Shown: positions 28,569 to 38,437, counted from the stretch's first letter. The stretch: 40,257 nucleotides of DNA from Candidatus Altiarchaeota archaeon (GCA_018220955.1 JAAOXV010000013.1:1-40257), one strand, 5' to 3'. Translations and numbers: made by a program. Notes: a model not told the origin generated them from the sequence alone.

Positions 28569-29319
28569 TAGCTTTGTCTTTGAAGTTTCAGGCGAAAAAC
28601 GATACTTAATTGCCAGACCAGGCGGTTTTTATCTGGCAGACTATGCGCCAAAAGGCAAGGCAGGAAATTTTTCACTTTTTCTGAGACGCCGATTGAATGG
28701 TAGAAAAATAGAACAAGCTGAGCAGCTTGGGCTTGATAGGATTGTGATTTTGAGAACTGCGGATAGTCAGCTTATTCTTGAGCTATTTGGCAAGCTTAAC
28801 ATAATTTTGACTGATTTATCAGGCACAATAATACATGCGTTGTCTGAACGCGATTGGAGTAAACGGTCAATCAGACCAGGTAAAACCTATGTTCCACCAG
28901 AATCATTTGATTTTTTATCAATCGGTAAGCAGGCCTTTGTTGAGCTAGTGACAGACAAGAACAAGTCAGAGCTCGCCAAGCTGCTTGGAATAGGGCGGAT
29001 GATAGATGATGTATGGGGGGTGCCAGAGGAATTATGGGACCATCTCAACCAAATTGATGTTGACCCAGACTTGATTGAGGCGAAGTTCAAACAACTTGAC
29101 CTTGAAAAAGGAAGATCAGAAAAAAGTTCTAAAACAAAAAAGCTTGAAAAAAGCATAGCCAAACAGAAAAAAACGATTGAGCAATATGAAGAAAGGGCGA
29201 CAGAACTTAGGAACACAGCTGAACAGATGTTTTCAAGATTGGTTGAGTTTGATGACCGACTTTCAAATGCTAGGAAAACTAAGCAGAAAAGGTTAAAAAT
29301 TACCCTTCCTCTTGTTTGA
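28477..29319 (+). CDS. NFACT/RqcH (FbpA)-like protein, N-terminal domain and short coiled coil only
   Basis: FSLFLRRRLNG, QLGLDRIV, LILELFGKLNIILTD, RSIRPGKTYVPP; start 28477 or 28483. Confidence 0.82.
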   Translation: MKLLNGLEIRVLLPKLNLKGRKMGKIWRAYDSFVFEVSGEKRYLIARPGGFYLADYAPKGKAGNFSLFLRRRLNGRKIEQAEQLGLDRIVILRTADSQLILELFGKLNIILTDLSGTIIHALSERDWSKRSIRPGKTYVPPESFDFLSIGKQAFVELVTDKNKSELAKLLGIGRMIDDVWGVPEELWDHLNQIDVDPDLIEAKFKQLDLEKGRSEKSSKTKKLEKSIAKQKKTIEQYEERATELRNTAEQMFSRLVEFDDRLSNARKTKQKRLKITLPLV

Positions 29320-30501
29320 GTGGAATCAGACTATCTCGACTTTCTGCTGGTAATTTTCTGGACATTTATTGCAGTCGTGTCTACTAAATTTTCAGACCTA
29401 CTTAGTATGGAACACAGTCTATTGATAACCCTGCAATTTTATTTACTGTTTCTGTATGTGATTGCGTCTGTGTTTTTCCGCTCAATGAGAAAGGCCTTAA
29501 TAACTGCGTTGCCGGCAATCTACACGGTCCTTGTGCTCAGTTTCGTTCATTTGATGATGTTTCCTGAATATGATGCAATCGCGCCAATGTCATATTTTGT
29601 CACATTACTCTTTGGATTTTTGATTACTTTATTTTTTGGATATATCCATTATACCAAGAAAAAACCACTCTACCGGATTTATAGACAGTATAAACTGATA
29701 ATTGCGCTAGTATTTTTGCTCTTGGTGGTTTTGTTTTCTGGCCTAGCTACTCAAGCACTGATGTTTCAATTTGGCGTGCTTTCTATAATTGGCATCTCGC
29801 TCGCATACTTGATTTTTCTATTTTTCTTCCCGCCTTTGTTGAGGATAGAAAAGGCAATCACTTTAGCAGAGCAGCTGACTGATGATGAAAGAAAGCTGAA
29901 GCGGTATGCGGAAAATTATGGTAAAGACAAACAAGTCTATCCGTTCTATGCTGCCTGGCTCGGCGTGGCGGTCAGAGACATAGAGCAGTTTATTGACCGA
30001 CTTGAAGCCAAGGGCTATATGGGACACAACTTTTTCTCAATGCATAATGGAGTATTCTGGTTTCTTGCAATTTTCTCATTTGTGCTCGGGATAACATCTT
30101 CTTCACTTGACCCTAGTTTAGTACTTTATTTGCCGGCCATATTTTTTTACTTGATTGGCATTGCATCGCTTGGTCCACAAATGGTGGGCAATAGAAGCTT
30201 CCGTCGAATGCTTGGGCTTGTGTTTTTGTTAGCTGGCCTATCTATCTTTAGAATGATTAGCCTGACTGTGTTCAAGTTTGCGGCAGTTGGAGCCTTGATT
30301 GCGCTTGTTGCCATTTATTTTGCATACAAGGACGATGAGTTTATCTCAATCCTGTTTGTTGCATTCTTTGTTGGCCTATTATACTTGGTCGGTTGGTCGA
30401 TTTACAAGCCATATATACTTGCTAGCCGAACCGTGCCATTCTTTATAACTTTCGTAGTTTTTGCCATGCTTGCGCTTGAGCTCGTATTCAAAACTTATTA
30501 A
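29320..30501 (+). CDS. Polytopic membrane protein with an RND/MMPL-like TM block and a central HTH-like segment
   Basis: FFRSMRKALITALP...FGVLSIIGISLAYLIFLFFFPPLL; soluble AAWLGVAVRDIEQFIDRLEAKGY; further TMs after it. Confidence 0.6.
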   Translation: MESDYLDFLLVIFWTFIAVVSTKFSDLLSMEHSLLITLQFYLLFLYVIASVFFRSMRKALITALPAIYTVLVLSFVHLMMFPEYDAIAPMSYFVTLLFGFLITLFFGYIHYTKKKPLYRIYRQYKLIIALVFLLLVVLFSGLATQALMFQFGVLSIIGISLAYLIFLFFFPPLLRIEKAITLAEQLTDDERKLKRYAENYGKDKQVYPFYAAWLGVAVRDIEQFIDRLEAKGYMGHNFFSMHNGVFWFLAIFSFVLGITSSSLDPSLVLYLPAIFFYLIGIASLGPQMVGNRSFRRMLGLVFLLAGLSIFRMISLTVFKFAAVGALIALVAIYFAYKDDEFISILFVAFFVGLLYLVGWSIYKPYILASRTVPFFITFVVFAMLALELVFKTY

Positions 30502-30523
30502 AACAGCTCGGCAAGCTCAGTGA

Positions 30524-31138
30524 ATGAAGCTTGGAGACTTTGTAAAGGTTGAGTATACTGGCAAGCTTGAGGATGGAACAGTGTTTGATTCAACTGACCC
30601 GACTCAGATGGAGAATGCGACCGGGCCTATAATAGTGGTACTTGGTGCAGGGCATCTTATTCCTGGATTAGACAAAGAGCTACTTAATATGAAGCTTAAA
30701 CAGGAAAAAGAGGTTTTGATTGAACCAAAGGACGGTTTTGGTAATAGAGACTCAAAGAAAATAAAAATTTACAAGGCTTCTGCATTCAAAAAAGATGATA
30801 TGCGGCCTATGCCAGGGGCAAGAGTGTTGATAGATAATAAACTGGCGACCATACTGTCGGTTTCAGCTGGTCGAGTGGTGGTGGACTTCAATCATCCGCT
30901 TTCTAGCAGAAAGCTTGTTTACAAGCTTAAATTGATTGAACAAGTCAAGGATTTGGAAAAACAGGTGGCTGGTCTACTCAAATTTCATCTTGGCGGCTCG
31001 CCGAAATTCAAGCTTGACACAGAATTGAATCAGCTTAGTATTGAAGATGTGTCTGAGCCGATTCAGCAGGGCCTGGAACAGGAGGTCAAGCGATACACAT
31101 CTTTTAAAAAGGTCCTGTTCATAAGTAACAAAGGTTAG
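30524..31138 (+). CDS. slyD: FKBP-type PPIase (SlyD-like)
   Basis: GDFVKVEYTGKLEDGTVFDST, LIPGLD, VDFNHPL. Confidence 0.93.
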   Translation: MKLGDFVKVEYTGKLEDGTVFDSTDPTQMENATGPIIVVLGAGHLIPGLDKELLNMKLKQEKEVLIEPKDGFGNRDSKKIKIYKASAFKKDDMRPMPGARVLIDNKLATILSVSAGRVVVDFNHPLSSRKLVYKLKLIEQVKDLEKQVAGLLKFHLGGSPKFKLDTELNQLSIEDVSEPIQQGLEQEVKRYTSFKKVLFISNKG

Positions 31139-31146
31139 GTGATTAA

Positions 31147-32247
31147 ATGAAGAGTCTCGTAAAGTCTGCAAAAACAAGAGCAAAAAAGACAAAGGATACT
31201 GAATTCGAGGAGTTTCTTGCTTCTCATGTTCCGGCCATAACAGTGGTCGGTGTTGGTGGAGCTGGGGGTAATACAATAACCCGGCTTATTGAAATGGGTG
31301 TTGAGGGGCCGAACCTGATAGCTGTGAACACAGATGCTCAGGATTTGACCAAAATTAAAGCACACTCAAAAATTTTGATTGGTCGAGAGATTACTCGCGG
31401 CCTTGGAGCTGGCTCTGATGTATCTGTTGGTGAGCAGGCAGCCAGAGAGGATGAGTCTAATCTGAAAAAGGCAATAGCTGACTCAGATTTGATATTTGTT
31501 ACCTGTGGTCTTGGTGGAGGAACTGGGTCGGGAGCGGCTCCTGTCGCAGCTGAGATAGCAAAGAAGTCTGGCGCGCTCACGATTGGCGTGGTGACATTAC
31601 CATTCGAGAACGAAGGGATGTTGAGATGGGAAAACGCACGTTACGGACTCGACCGACTACAAAAGCATGTGGATGCCTTGATTATTATACCAAACCAGAA
31701 GCTGTTGGACATAGTTCCAGATTTGCCGCTCGTGACAGCATTCAGAGTGGCGGATGAGGTATTATCAAATGCAGTTCGGTCAATCACCCGAGCTGTTACG
31801 AGTCAAGGACTGGTAAATGTGGATTTTGCTGACCTTCGAGCTATTATGAAGGATGCTGGTGCTGCACTGATTGGTGTTGGTGAAAGCGACTCAGAAAAGA
31901 GAGCAGATGAGGCAGTAATGCGGGCAATAAACAATCCATTACTTGATATAGACATAACTGGTTCAAAGGGCGCGCTCATATATATTGAGGGTGGAAAAGA
32001 CCTGAAGCTGGAAGAGGCATATCACATAATCGACCTTATCTCAGAGCATTTGAGCAAGGATGCCAAGCTTATCTGGGGAGTCGGATTGCCAGATGAAACA
32101 CTCGGTAACACACTTAGGATACTCGTAATTGTGACAGGTGCAAATGTCAAGGAATTTTATTACCCAGATAAAGAGATAATTGAGAAGCGTGAGAAAGACA
32201 GTATGCAAGACAAGTTTGGGATAGAATTCATTGAGGTAGAAGAGTAA
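31147..32247 (+). CDS. ftsZ: Cell division protein FtsZ
   Basis: VGVGGAGGN, NTDAQ, GLGGGTGSG, NVDFAD. Confidence 0.98.
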   Translation: MKSLVKSAKTRAKKTKDTEFEEFLASHVPAITVVGVGGAGGNTITRLIEMGVEGPNLIAVNTDAQDLTKIKAHSKILIGREITRGLGAGSDVSVGEQAAREDESNLKKAIADSDLIFVTCGLGGGTGSGAAPVAAEIAKKSGALTIGVVTLPFENEGMLRWENARYGLDRLQKHVDALIIIPNQKLLDIVPDLPLVTAFRVADEVLSNAVRSITRAVTSQGLVNVDFADLRAIMKDAGAALIGVGESDSEKRADEAVMRAINNPLLDIDITGSKGALIYIEGGKDLKLEEAYHIIDLISEHLSKDAKLIWGVGLPDETLGNTLRILVIVTGANVKEFYYPDKEIIEKREKDSMQDKFGIEFIEVEE

Positions 32248-32399
32248 TGCTAAAGGATTATAGGCGGGTTATGAAGACAGCCAAGAGGCCGAGTTGGGAG
32301 GAGTTCAAACAAGCTTCGAAGATAACCGGACTAGCAATGCTTATAATCGGGTTTCTGGGTTTGATGATATCTATGGTATTCCAATGGATGGGTGTGTAA
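32247..32399 (+). CDS. secE: SecE/Sec61-gamma (50 aa, not in ORF track)
   Basis: Hand translation: MLKDYRRVMKTAKRPSWEEFKQASKITGLAMLIIGFLGLMISMVFQWMGV*; conserved ftsZ-secE-spt5 order. Confidence 0.95.
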   Translation: MLKDYRRVMKTAKRPSWEEFKQASKITGLAMLIIGFLGLMISMVFQWMGV

Positions 32400-32846
32400 A
32401 TGCCGATATGGGCTGTAAGAACAACATTAGGTAGGGAGGCAAGCGTGATGGAAGGGATAGCCCAAGCAGCGCGCAAGTTTAGCCATCCTATCTTTTCGCT
32501 TTTGTTACCAAAGGAAGTAAAAGGTTATGTGTTGATTGAAGCTGAGTCAATGGGTACTATCAGAGCAGCTATACGGGGCGTTAACCATGCTAGAGGGATA
32601 GTAGAAAAGCCGGTCGGTATGAAAGAGGTCGAGCATTTTCTAGAGGCAAAGCCGGCAGAGATAAAAATGAAGAAAGGGGATACGGTTGAGATGGTATCAG
32701 ACCCATTCCGTGGTGAGAAAGCCAAGATAATCAGGGTAGACCCAACCAAGCGAGAAGTGACAGTTGAGATGGCCGAAGCAGCCATACCCATACCAATGAC
32801 TGTGCCAATTGAAGCGGTCAGACTAATAAAATCAAGTGATGAATAA
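32400..32846 (+). CDS. spt5: Transcription elongation factor Spt5/NusG
   Basis: AVRTTLGRE, KGYVLIEA, KOW domain GDTVE...PFRGE. Confidence 0.96.
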   Translation: MPIWAVRTTLGREASVMEGIAQAARKFSHPIFSLLLPKEVKGYVLIEAESMGTIRAAIRGVNHARGIVEKPVGMKEVEHFLEAKPAEIKMKKGDTVEMVSDPFRGEKAKIIRVDPTKREVTVEMAEAAIPIPMTVPIEAVRLIKSSDE

Positions 32847-33307
32847 TGACAATGCAAAAAATAAGTGTGATGATAGATGCAGGAAAAGCATCGGCTGGGC
32901 CGCCACTTGGCCAGGCACTCGGTCCGCTCGGTGTATCAGTCCAAAATATTGTGGCTGAGATAAACAAGAAAACAGCCGAGTTTCAGGGCATGCAGGTACC
33001 AGTCACGATTAAGATAAATCCGACTACAAAGGCATTTGAGATAGAAGTAGGAACACCACCAATAACTGCGATAATCAAAAAGGAAATAGGAATAGAAAAA
33101 GGAACAAGCGATGGCTCGATTGTGGGTGACATATCATTGGAGGCACTTGTTAAGATTGCAAAATCAAAACAATCTAAGATGAATGCAGCCAGTTTGAAAG
33201 CAGCTGTGAAAGAAGCGGTTGGGACATGCGTGTCGCTTGGCGTGACGGTTGATGGCAAGCATCCGAAAAAGATGATAAAGGAAATAGATGGGATGGATAT
33301 CAAATAA
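32846..33307 (+). CDS. rpl11: 50S ribosomal protein L11 (uL11)
   Basis: GKASAGPPLGQALGPLG, EVGTPP, GTCVSLG. Confidence 0.97.
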   Translation: MTMQKISVMIDAGKASAGPPLGQALGPLGVSVQNIVAEINKKTAEFQGMQVPVTIKINPTTKAFEIEVGTPPITAIIKKEIGIEKGTSDGSIVGDISLEALVKIAKSKQSKMNAASLKAAVKEAVGTCVSLGVTVDGKHPKKMIKEIDGMDIK

Positions 33308-33357
33308 TTTTTGTTCTCTTAACTTAAAGTATATAAAATCACAGTTTAACGTTTAAA

Positions 33358-34683
33358 GTGGTAAAAACCAAAACTGAGGGGCAAGAGCATAAAGCCAGTT
33401 CAAAAAAAACATCTAAAGATAAGGCAATTGCTCAAAAAGAAAAGAACGATTTGAAAAGCAATGTGGAACTTGGAAGAGAATTGGACTTATACATAACAAG
33501 CGAGCTTGTAGGACAGGGATTGCCATTACTCACTTCTAAAGGAGCTACCTTCAAAAGAGAAATTGAACGTTTTGTAATGGATGAAGAGATAGCAAGAGGG
33601 CATTTGCACACATCAACACCTATCATGGCGAAAAGTGATTTGTACAAAATATCAGGTCATTGGGCTCACTATAAGGACTCTATGTTCTGTGTGAAAATGA
33701 ATGATGAAACCTATGCCCTTAGACCTATGGCGTGTCCTTTTCATTTTTTGTTATATAAAAGAAAACCTAGAACATACAAGGAACTTCCATTAAAATACGC
33801 CGAAATAGCAACTCTTTTTAGAAATGAAAAATCAGGAGAACTTCGAGGTCTGGATAGGGTAAGACAATTTAATCTGGCTGATGCACATATCATCTGCAGA
33901 CCAGACCAGCTAGAAGAAGAGTTCAAGGAAGTTCTAAATTTAATTAATTATATTATGGAAACATTAAACATCACTGATATTTGGTACCGATTTTCCAAAT
34001 GGGATCCGAAAGACAAGGAAAAGTACATAGATGATCCTGCGGCCTGGGACGAATCACAAAAAATGATGAAATCAATTTTGGATAACTTAAAAATAAAATA
34101 TATTGAGGCTGATGGAGAAGCCGCGTTTTATGGACCTAAATTGGATATCCAATATAGGGATATTTATGAAAGAGAAAATACTTTGATAACAGTTCAGATT
34201 GATTTTGCTCTTCCATCTAGGTTTAACTTAACTTATGTAGATAAATCTGGAGATGAAAAAATACCTGTAGTGATTCACAGGTCATCTTCTGGCGCTACTG
34301 AAAGAGTTATGGCATATTTGTTGGAAAAAACTCAGGGGAAACTGCCTACATGGTTATCTCCAATACAAGCAATTGTTTTGCCAATTAGTGAGAAGAACGA
34401 AGCTTATTCAACAAAAGTTTTCCAAGAACTAAAAAAACGCAAGATCAGAGCTGAATTAGACTTTAGCCAAGAAACTATCGGTAAAAAAATAAGAAATGCT
34501 CAGCTAAACAAAATTAATTATATGATTATACTTGGTGATAAAGAACAAGAACAAGAACTTATTTCTGTTAGACGTAGAGATGGAAAAATTTACCAAGCTG
34601 TCAAGTTGAATGATTTTATCACAAGAGTTAGTGAAGAAATAAAAGAAAGAAAGGCAGAGCTTCATTACTCGCAACCGTTATAG
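33358..34683 (+). CDS. thrS: Threonyl-tRNA synthetase, bacterial-like catalytic and anticodon domains, no editing domain
   Basis: SGHW, LRPMACP, FRNEKSGEL.GL.RVR, DAH, AFYGPK, QIDF, IHR, LPTWLSPIQ. Confidence 0.93.
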   Translation: MVKTKTEGQEHKASSKKTSKDKAIAQKEKNDLKSNVELGRELDLYITSELVGQGLPLLTSKGATFKREIERFVMDEEIARGHLHTSTPIMAKSDLYKISGHWAHYKDSMFCVKMNDETYALRPMACPFHFLLYKRKPRTYKELPLKYAEIATLFRNEKSGELRGLDRVRQFNLADAHIICRPDQLEEEFKEVLNLINYIMETLNITDIWYRFSKWDPKDKEKYIDDPAAWDESQKMMKSILDNLKIKYIEADGEAAFYGPKLDIQYRDIYERENTLITVQIDFALPSRFNLTYVDKSGDEKIPVVIHRSSSGATERVMAYLLEKTQGKLPTWLSPIQAIVLPISEKNEAYSTKVFQELKKRKIRAELDFSQETIGKKIRNAQLNKINYMIILGDKEQEQELISVRRRDGKIYQAVKLNDFITRVSEEIKERKAELHYSQPL

Positions 34684-34733
34684 AACTTAAAAGCTTCAGG
34701 AAACCTTAATTATCAACCACAGCATTTTGTTTT

Positions 34734-34940
34734 ATGGAGCTAGCTTTGTCGATAGACGAGATAAAGAAGATTGAGAAAGAGAAAGGAATAAAGCTAAAAC
34801 GAATCAGAAAAGAGGACGTCAAGTTTCTTGAAAAACCGAGCTGGGCAGAGAAAAAACAGGACGGACTAGCTATAGAAGTGCCGGCCGAGCTGGGCTATGA
34901 GTTGTTCAAAACATACAAGGTAAAAATAATACGGAAATAG
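34734..34940 (+). CDS. Small Lys/Glu-rich hypothetical protein
   Basis: 68-aa ORF filling the gap on the same strand as its neighbours. Confidence 0.6.
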   Translation: MELALSIDEIKKIEKEKGIKLKRIRKEDVKFLEKPSWAEKKQDGLAIEVPAELGYELFKTYKVKIIRK

Positions 34941-34955
34941 TTAGAACCTCAATGA

Positions 34956-36062
34956 ATGAAAGAGTTTTATAGCCAGTCATTTAATGATGATGTGAGTCAG
35001 CTTAAGGCAATTGGACTAGTGGTTTCTAATCTTGTTGGTATCGGACTTATACTTCTACCATACCTGTTCCAACAGTCAGGACTTTTCCCGGCCTTACTTA
35101 TTATGTCGGCGGTTGCGATATTGCTCAATATTTTTAGCTATGTGTTGCTTGATTTGATAGACACAAAAGGAATGTTGGCTAATATAGAAGCAAAGCTCAA
35201 GTACAAACAGCTCGTACCGCTTTCACTCTTGCTTGTCTCAGTCGGTGCAATGGCCTCATACATTTTTGCATCTGGACAACAACTCTTTGCTTGGTTGAAT
35301 ATCGATCCGCATTATGGTAGCGCCCTGTTTTTTGTTTTGGCGGCTCTGTTGATACTCTGGGATTTCGGGCTTTCAGTTGAGATGTCGATGAATTTGGGAC
35401 TTTTACTGATGTTGGCACTGCTTGTGTCGATGGGAGTCAGCACCGGGCTTTCAGTGTGTCAGAACTGCATCTTTGGCACAGAGTTCAACCCAATCCTACT
35501 TATTTCTGTGTCTGCATTTGCATTATTTGGGCACTTTGCAATGCCACAAGTCATCAAGCTAGCCGGTAGTAAGGAAGCGGCAAAACAGGCCTTCTTTTCT
35601 GGATTTTTCCTAGCATTCATATTTTATGTTCTTTATGGTACACTTATCAGTACGGTTGCAATAGTGGAACCAGTCAGCACAGCCAGTCTTGCACTTATTT
35701 TCCCGCCAGCACTTGCTGCACTGATATCTTTGACAGCCTTGCTGGCATTTTATACTTCATTTATCGGTATTGGTGTCTCGACCGTCCACTTAATCAGAGA
35801 TGAAATGAAAATGCCGAAAAAAGCATCAGTCATACTTGTCTTGCTATTGCCAGCATTGCTCTATATATCTGTTAGAGAATATGCGCTCTTATCAATTATT
35901 GAACTGGTTGGAAAGTTCGGTGGCGGCGGGGTTTTGTTGTTTTCTGCCTTGGTCTGTTATGCACATTCAAAATCAGATACAGAAAAAAGCATTCCAAGTA
36001 TTGTTTCAAAAACTTTGTTCTTTTTGTTTTTAACTGCAGCTCTATGTGCGTTCATATTTTGA
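34956..36062 (+). CDS. Amino acid permease (Trp/Tyr permease or AAAP-like)
   Basis: About 11 TMs; NLVGIGLILLPY, FALFGH..MP, YTSFIGIG. Confidence 0.82.
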   Translation: MKEFYSQSFNDDVSQLKAIGLVVSNLVGIGLILLPYLFQQSGLFPALLIMSAVAILLNIFSYVLLDLIDTKGMLANIEAKLKYKQLVPLSLLLVSVGAMASYIFASGQQLFAWLNIDPHYGSALFFVLAALLILWDFGLSVEMSMNLGLLLMLALLVSMGVSTGLSVCQNCIFGTEFNPILLISVSAFALFGHFAMPQVIKLAGSKEAAKQAFFSGFFLAFIFYVLYGTLISTVAIVEPVSTASLALIFPPALAALISLTALLAFYTSFIGIGVSTVHLIRDEMKMPKKASVILVLLLPALLYISVREYALLSIIELVGKFGGGGVLLFSALVCYAHSKSDTEKSIPSIVSKTLFFLFLTAALCAFIF

Positions 36063-36792
36063 TGACCTCTATTCCCACAAGTTCAGCTAGCTTAAGCACT
36101 TTTTGTCTATCTTGACTTTTCAGTCCTTTCCATTCGATTGCGAGCTTTTCTGGTCTTGGGACTGTCCGGTCAATCGCCTGTTCTAACATAGCTTGGTCAA
36201 ACGAGCCTATCCGATAGTCTGGGCACAGGTGTCCATAATGCATACCAGCTAAGACTTGTTTAGTGAATTTTGGTGCATAATGTGGACCGCCCACACCGAT
36301 AAGAGATTCTCCAACTAGCTCGGTGTCAAGCAAATGAACTATGGTGTCAGCGGCAGCTTTTAGTGCTCGCTGGTCCTTCCACTGTTTTTCTGTTGAACCA
36401 ACTTCAATAAACACGATTGGTAGTTCAAAACTAGGACCATGATGCGTTACCTCTAGACTAACCTCATAGCTTAGGGATTGACTTGTTTGTATTTTACTGA
36501 ATTTTCTGATAGCTTCGCTTACATACAAAGCAGGCGAGATGCTTAGTGTTTTGTCATTTCCACCAAAATCCGCAGTCCCCCAGTTTCCTGGTGAGTGGGC
36601 TGTTAAGCTTGGTCGTTCAGAAACACTCTTATGTGAGCTGGCCACCAGTATCAAATCCGCAGTTTCTTTTTCAAGCTCGGTCAAATCAACTATGCTTGAT
36701 TCAAACATTTTGACCTTTGTTCTCCCGGCCAGCTCTTGCTCAATTCCTTGACTTGCAAGGTTTCCTGAACTCCCTACCACTAATTTTTTCAC
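36052..36792 (-). CDS. dtdA: D-aminoacyl-tRNA deacylase (archaeal DTD2)
   Basis: HKS, LTAHSPGN, EVTHHGP, FIEVGS, GGPHYAP. Confidence 0.93.
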   Translation of the reverse strand: MKKLVVGSSGNLASQGIEQELAGRTKVKMFESSIVDLTELEKETADLILVASSHKSVSERPSLTAHSPGNWGTADFGGNDKTLSISPALYVSEAIRKFSKIQTSQSLSYEVSLEVTHHGPSFELPIVFIEVGSTEKQWKDQRALKAAADTIVHLLDTELVGESLIGVGGPHYAPKFTKQVLAGMHYGHLCPDYRIGSFDQAMLEQAIDRTVPRPEKLAIEWKGLKSQDRQKVLKLAELVGIEVIKI

Positions 36793-36840
36793 AGAATAGT
36801 CTGTGTAAAAGTTTTATTAAGTTCTCGCTTTTCTGTAGAT

Positions 36841-38238
36841 GTGAAAATTAGTTCTGTTTCGCCGTTTGTCTGGGAGATTCAACCAGAGCAATCTATGCAT
36901 GTGCCAGTTAGAGTATATGCAAATAAGTCTCAGCTTGAGCAAATGAAATTAGACCGAACCTTCAAACAAGCCATGAACACTGCTTCGCTTGAGTCTGTAG
37001 AAAGTCCTGTGTTGGTTATGCCTGATGGGCATGAAGGATATGGATTTCCGATAGGCGGAGTTGCTGCGTTTCCACAAGACAATGGTTTGGTAAGTCCTGG
37101 TGGAATCGGGTATGATATTAACTGCGGCGTTCGACTCTTATTGACTGAGCTGACTCTTGATCAGATAAAGCCAGAGATTAGTAAGCTGACAGACCAGATG
37201 TTTTTAGCTGTTCCAAGTGGGCTTGGCTCAAAATCTCGGCTTAGGTTAAAAAAAGAGGAGCTGACTGAAATAGCAGCATCAGGTATCAAATGGGCGATAA
37301 ACAAAGGTTATGCTAGTAAACAGGATGCACAAAGAACAGAAGAGTTTGGCTCGATGAAGGCAGACCCTGGATACTTGAGTGAACGGGCAGTCCAGCGTGG
37401 ACTTGGTCAGATTGGTACACTTGGTGCTGGTAACCACTTTCTTGAGATACAACTAGTGGAAAAGCTGTTTGACATAAAAATTGCAGATGCTTTTGGACTT
37501 GAACAAGGAAAAATCGTGATTATGGTTCACACTGGTTCAAGAGGATTTGGTCATCAGATTGCTAGTGATTATATCAAAACCATGATAGCTGCATCAAAAA
37601 AACAAGGGATAAGATTAGCTAGCAAGGAGTTGGCTGCGGCCAGACTTGACACAGATGAGGCGCACAGATATCTTGAATCCATGAAATGCGCAGTAAACTT
37701 TGCGTTTGTCAATAGACAGATGATTTCCTATCGGATTGGCGAGCTGTTCAACAAATTCTTTGGAACCAAGCTGAGCTTGTTGTATGATGTGGCTCACAAT
37801 ATTGGAAAGTTCGAGAAACACCAGGGCAAGAAGCTGTTTGTTCATAGAAAAGGAGCCACACGAGCATTTGGTCCTGGGAGAACAGAGTTGCCCTTTGAGT
37901 TTAGCAAGACCGGTCAGCCAGTGATAATTCCAGGTTCAATGGGGACCGCGAGCTATGTGATGGCAGGCTGTGGTGCGAGCCAGACTTTTGAGTCAAGCTG
38001 TCATGGAGCTGGTCGAGTTCTGAGTAGATCGGCTGCTAGGAAAAAATTAGCTGGAATCAATATCATGAAACAGCTTGGTCAGAAAGGCATTTTGGTCAGG
38101 TCAAAGTCAATGAAGGTTCTGGCAGAAGAAGCACCTATGGCATACAAGGACATTGATGCAGTGATTGATGTAATAGACAAGACAGGCATTTCTTCAACAG
38201 TCTCTAGAAACACTCCTATAAGCGTAGTTAAGGGGTAG
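36841..38238 (+). CDS. rtcB: RNA ligase RtcB
   Basis: MPDGHEGYGFPIG, DINCG, GNHFLE, HTGSRG, HRKGAT, PGSMG, HGAGR. Confidence 0.97.
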   Translation: MKISSVSPFVWEIQPEQSMHVPVRVYANKSQLEQMKLDRTFKQAMNTASLESVESPVLVMPDGHEGYGFPIGGVAAFPQDNGLVSPGGIGYDINCGVRLLLTELTLDQIKPEISKLTDQMFLAVPSGLGSKSRLRLKKEELTEIAASGIKWAINKGYASKQDAQRTEEFGSMKADPGYLSERAVQRGLGQIGTLGAGNHFLEIQLVEKLFDIKIADAFGLEQGKIVIMVHTGSRGFGHQIASDYIKTMIAASKKQGIRLASKELAAARLDTDEAHRYLESMKCAVNFAFVNRQMISYRIGELFNKFFGTKLSLLYDVAHNIGKFEKHQGKKLFVHRKGATRAFGPGRTELPFEFSKTGQPVIIPGSMGTASYVMAGCGASQTFESSCHGAGRVLSRSAARKKLAGINIMKQLGQKGILVRSKSMKVLAEEAPMAYKDIDAVIDVIDKTGISSTVSRNTPISVVKG

Positions 38239-38268
38239 ATATTTAATACTAAAAAATCGAAGATTAAC

Positions 38269-38400
38269 ATGGTTAAGCCAACTGATTTTGTGGCCAGCTA
38301 TTCAAATATGGCTTTTTATTCAATTTTTGTCATGATTGGTGGAGTGTTCCTTACCGGTCTTTGGTTGGCGATTTTGTTTGTTTCAATATTTACAGGCTAG
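38269..38400 (+). CDS. 43-aa single-TM microprotein (not in ORF track)
   Basis: MVKPTDFVASYSNMAFYSIFVMIGGVFLTGLWLAILFVSIFTG*; TTTAATA about 25 nt upstream. Confidence 0.55.
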   Translation: MVKPTDFVASYSNMAFYSIFVMIGGVFLTGLWLAILFVSIFTG

Positions 38401-38437
38401 TTCGAAACTTACTTTAATAGTGATTTTTTATGTTTTT

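Noticed and set aside
36841-38238. Intein in RtcB
   Set aside because: 465 aa is a normal length and the catalytic motifs are contiguous.
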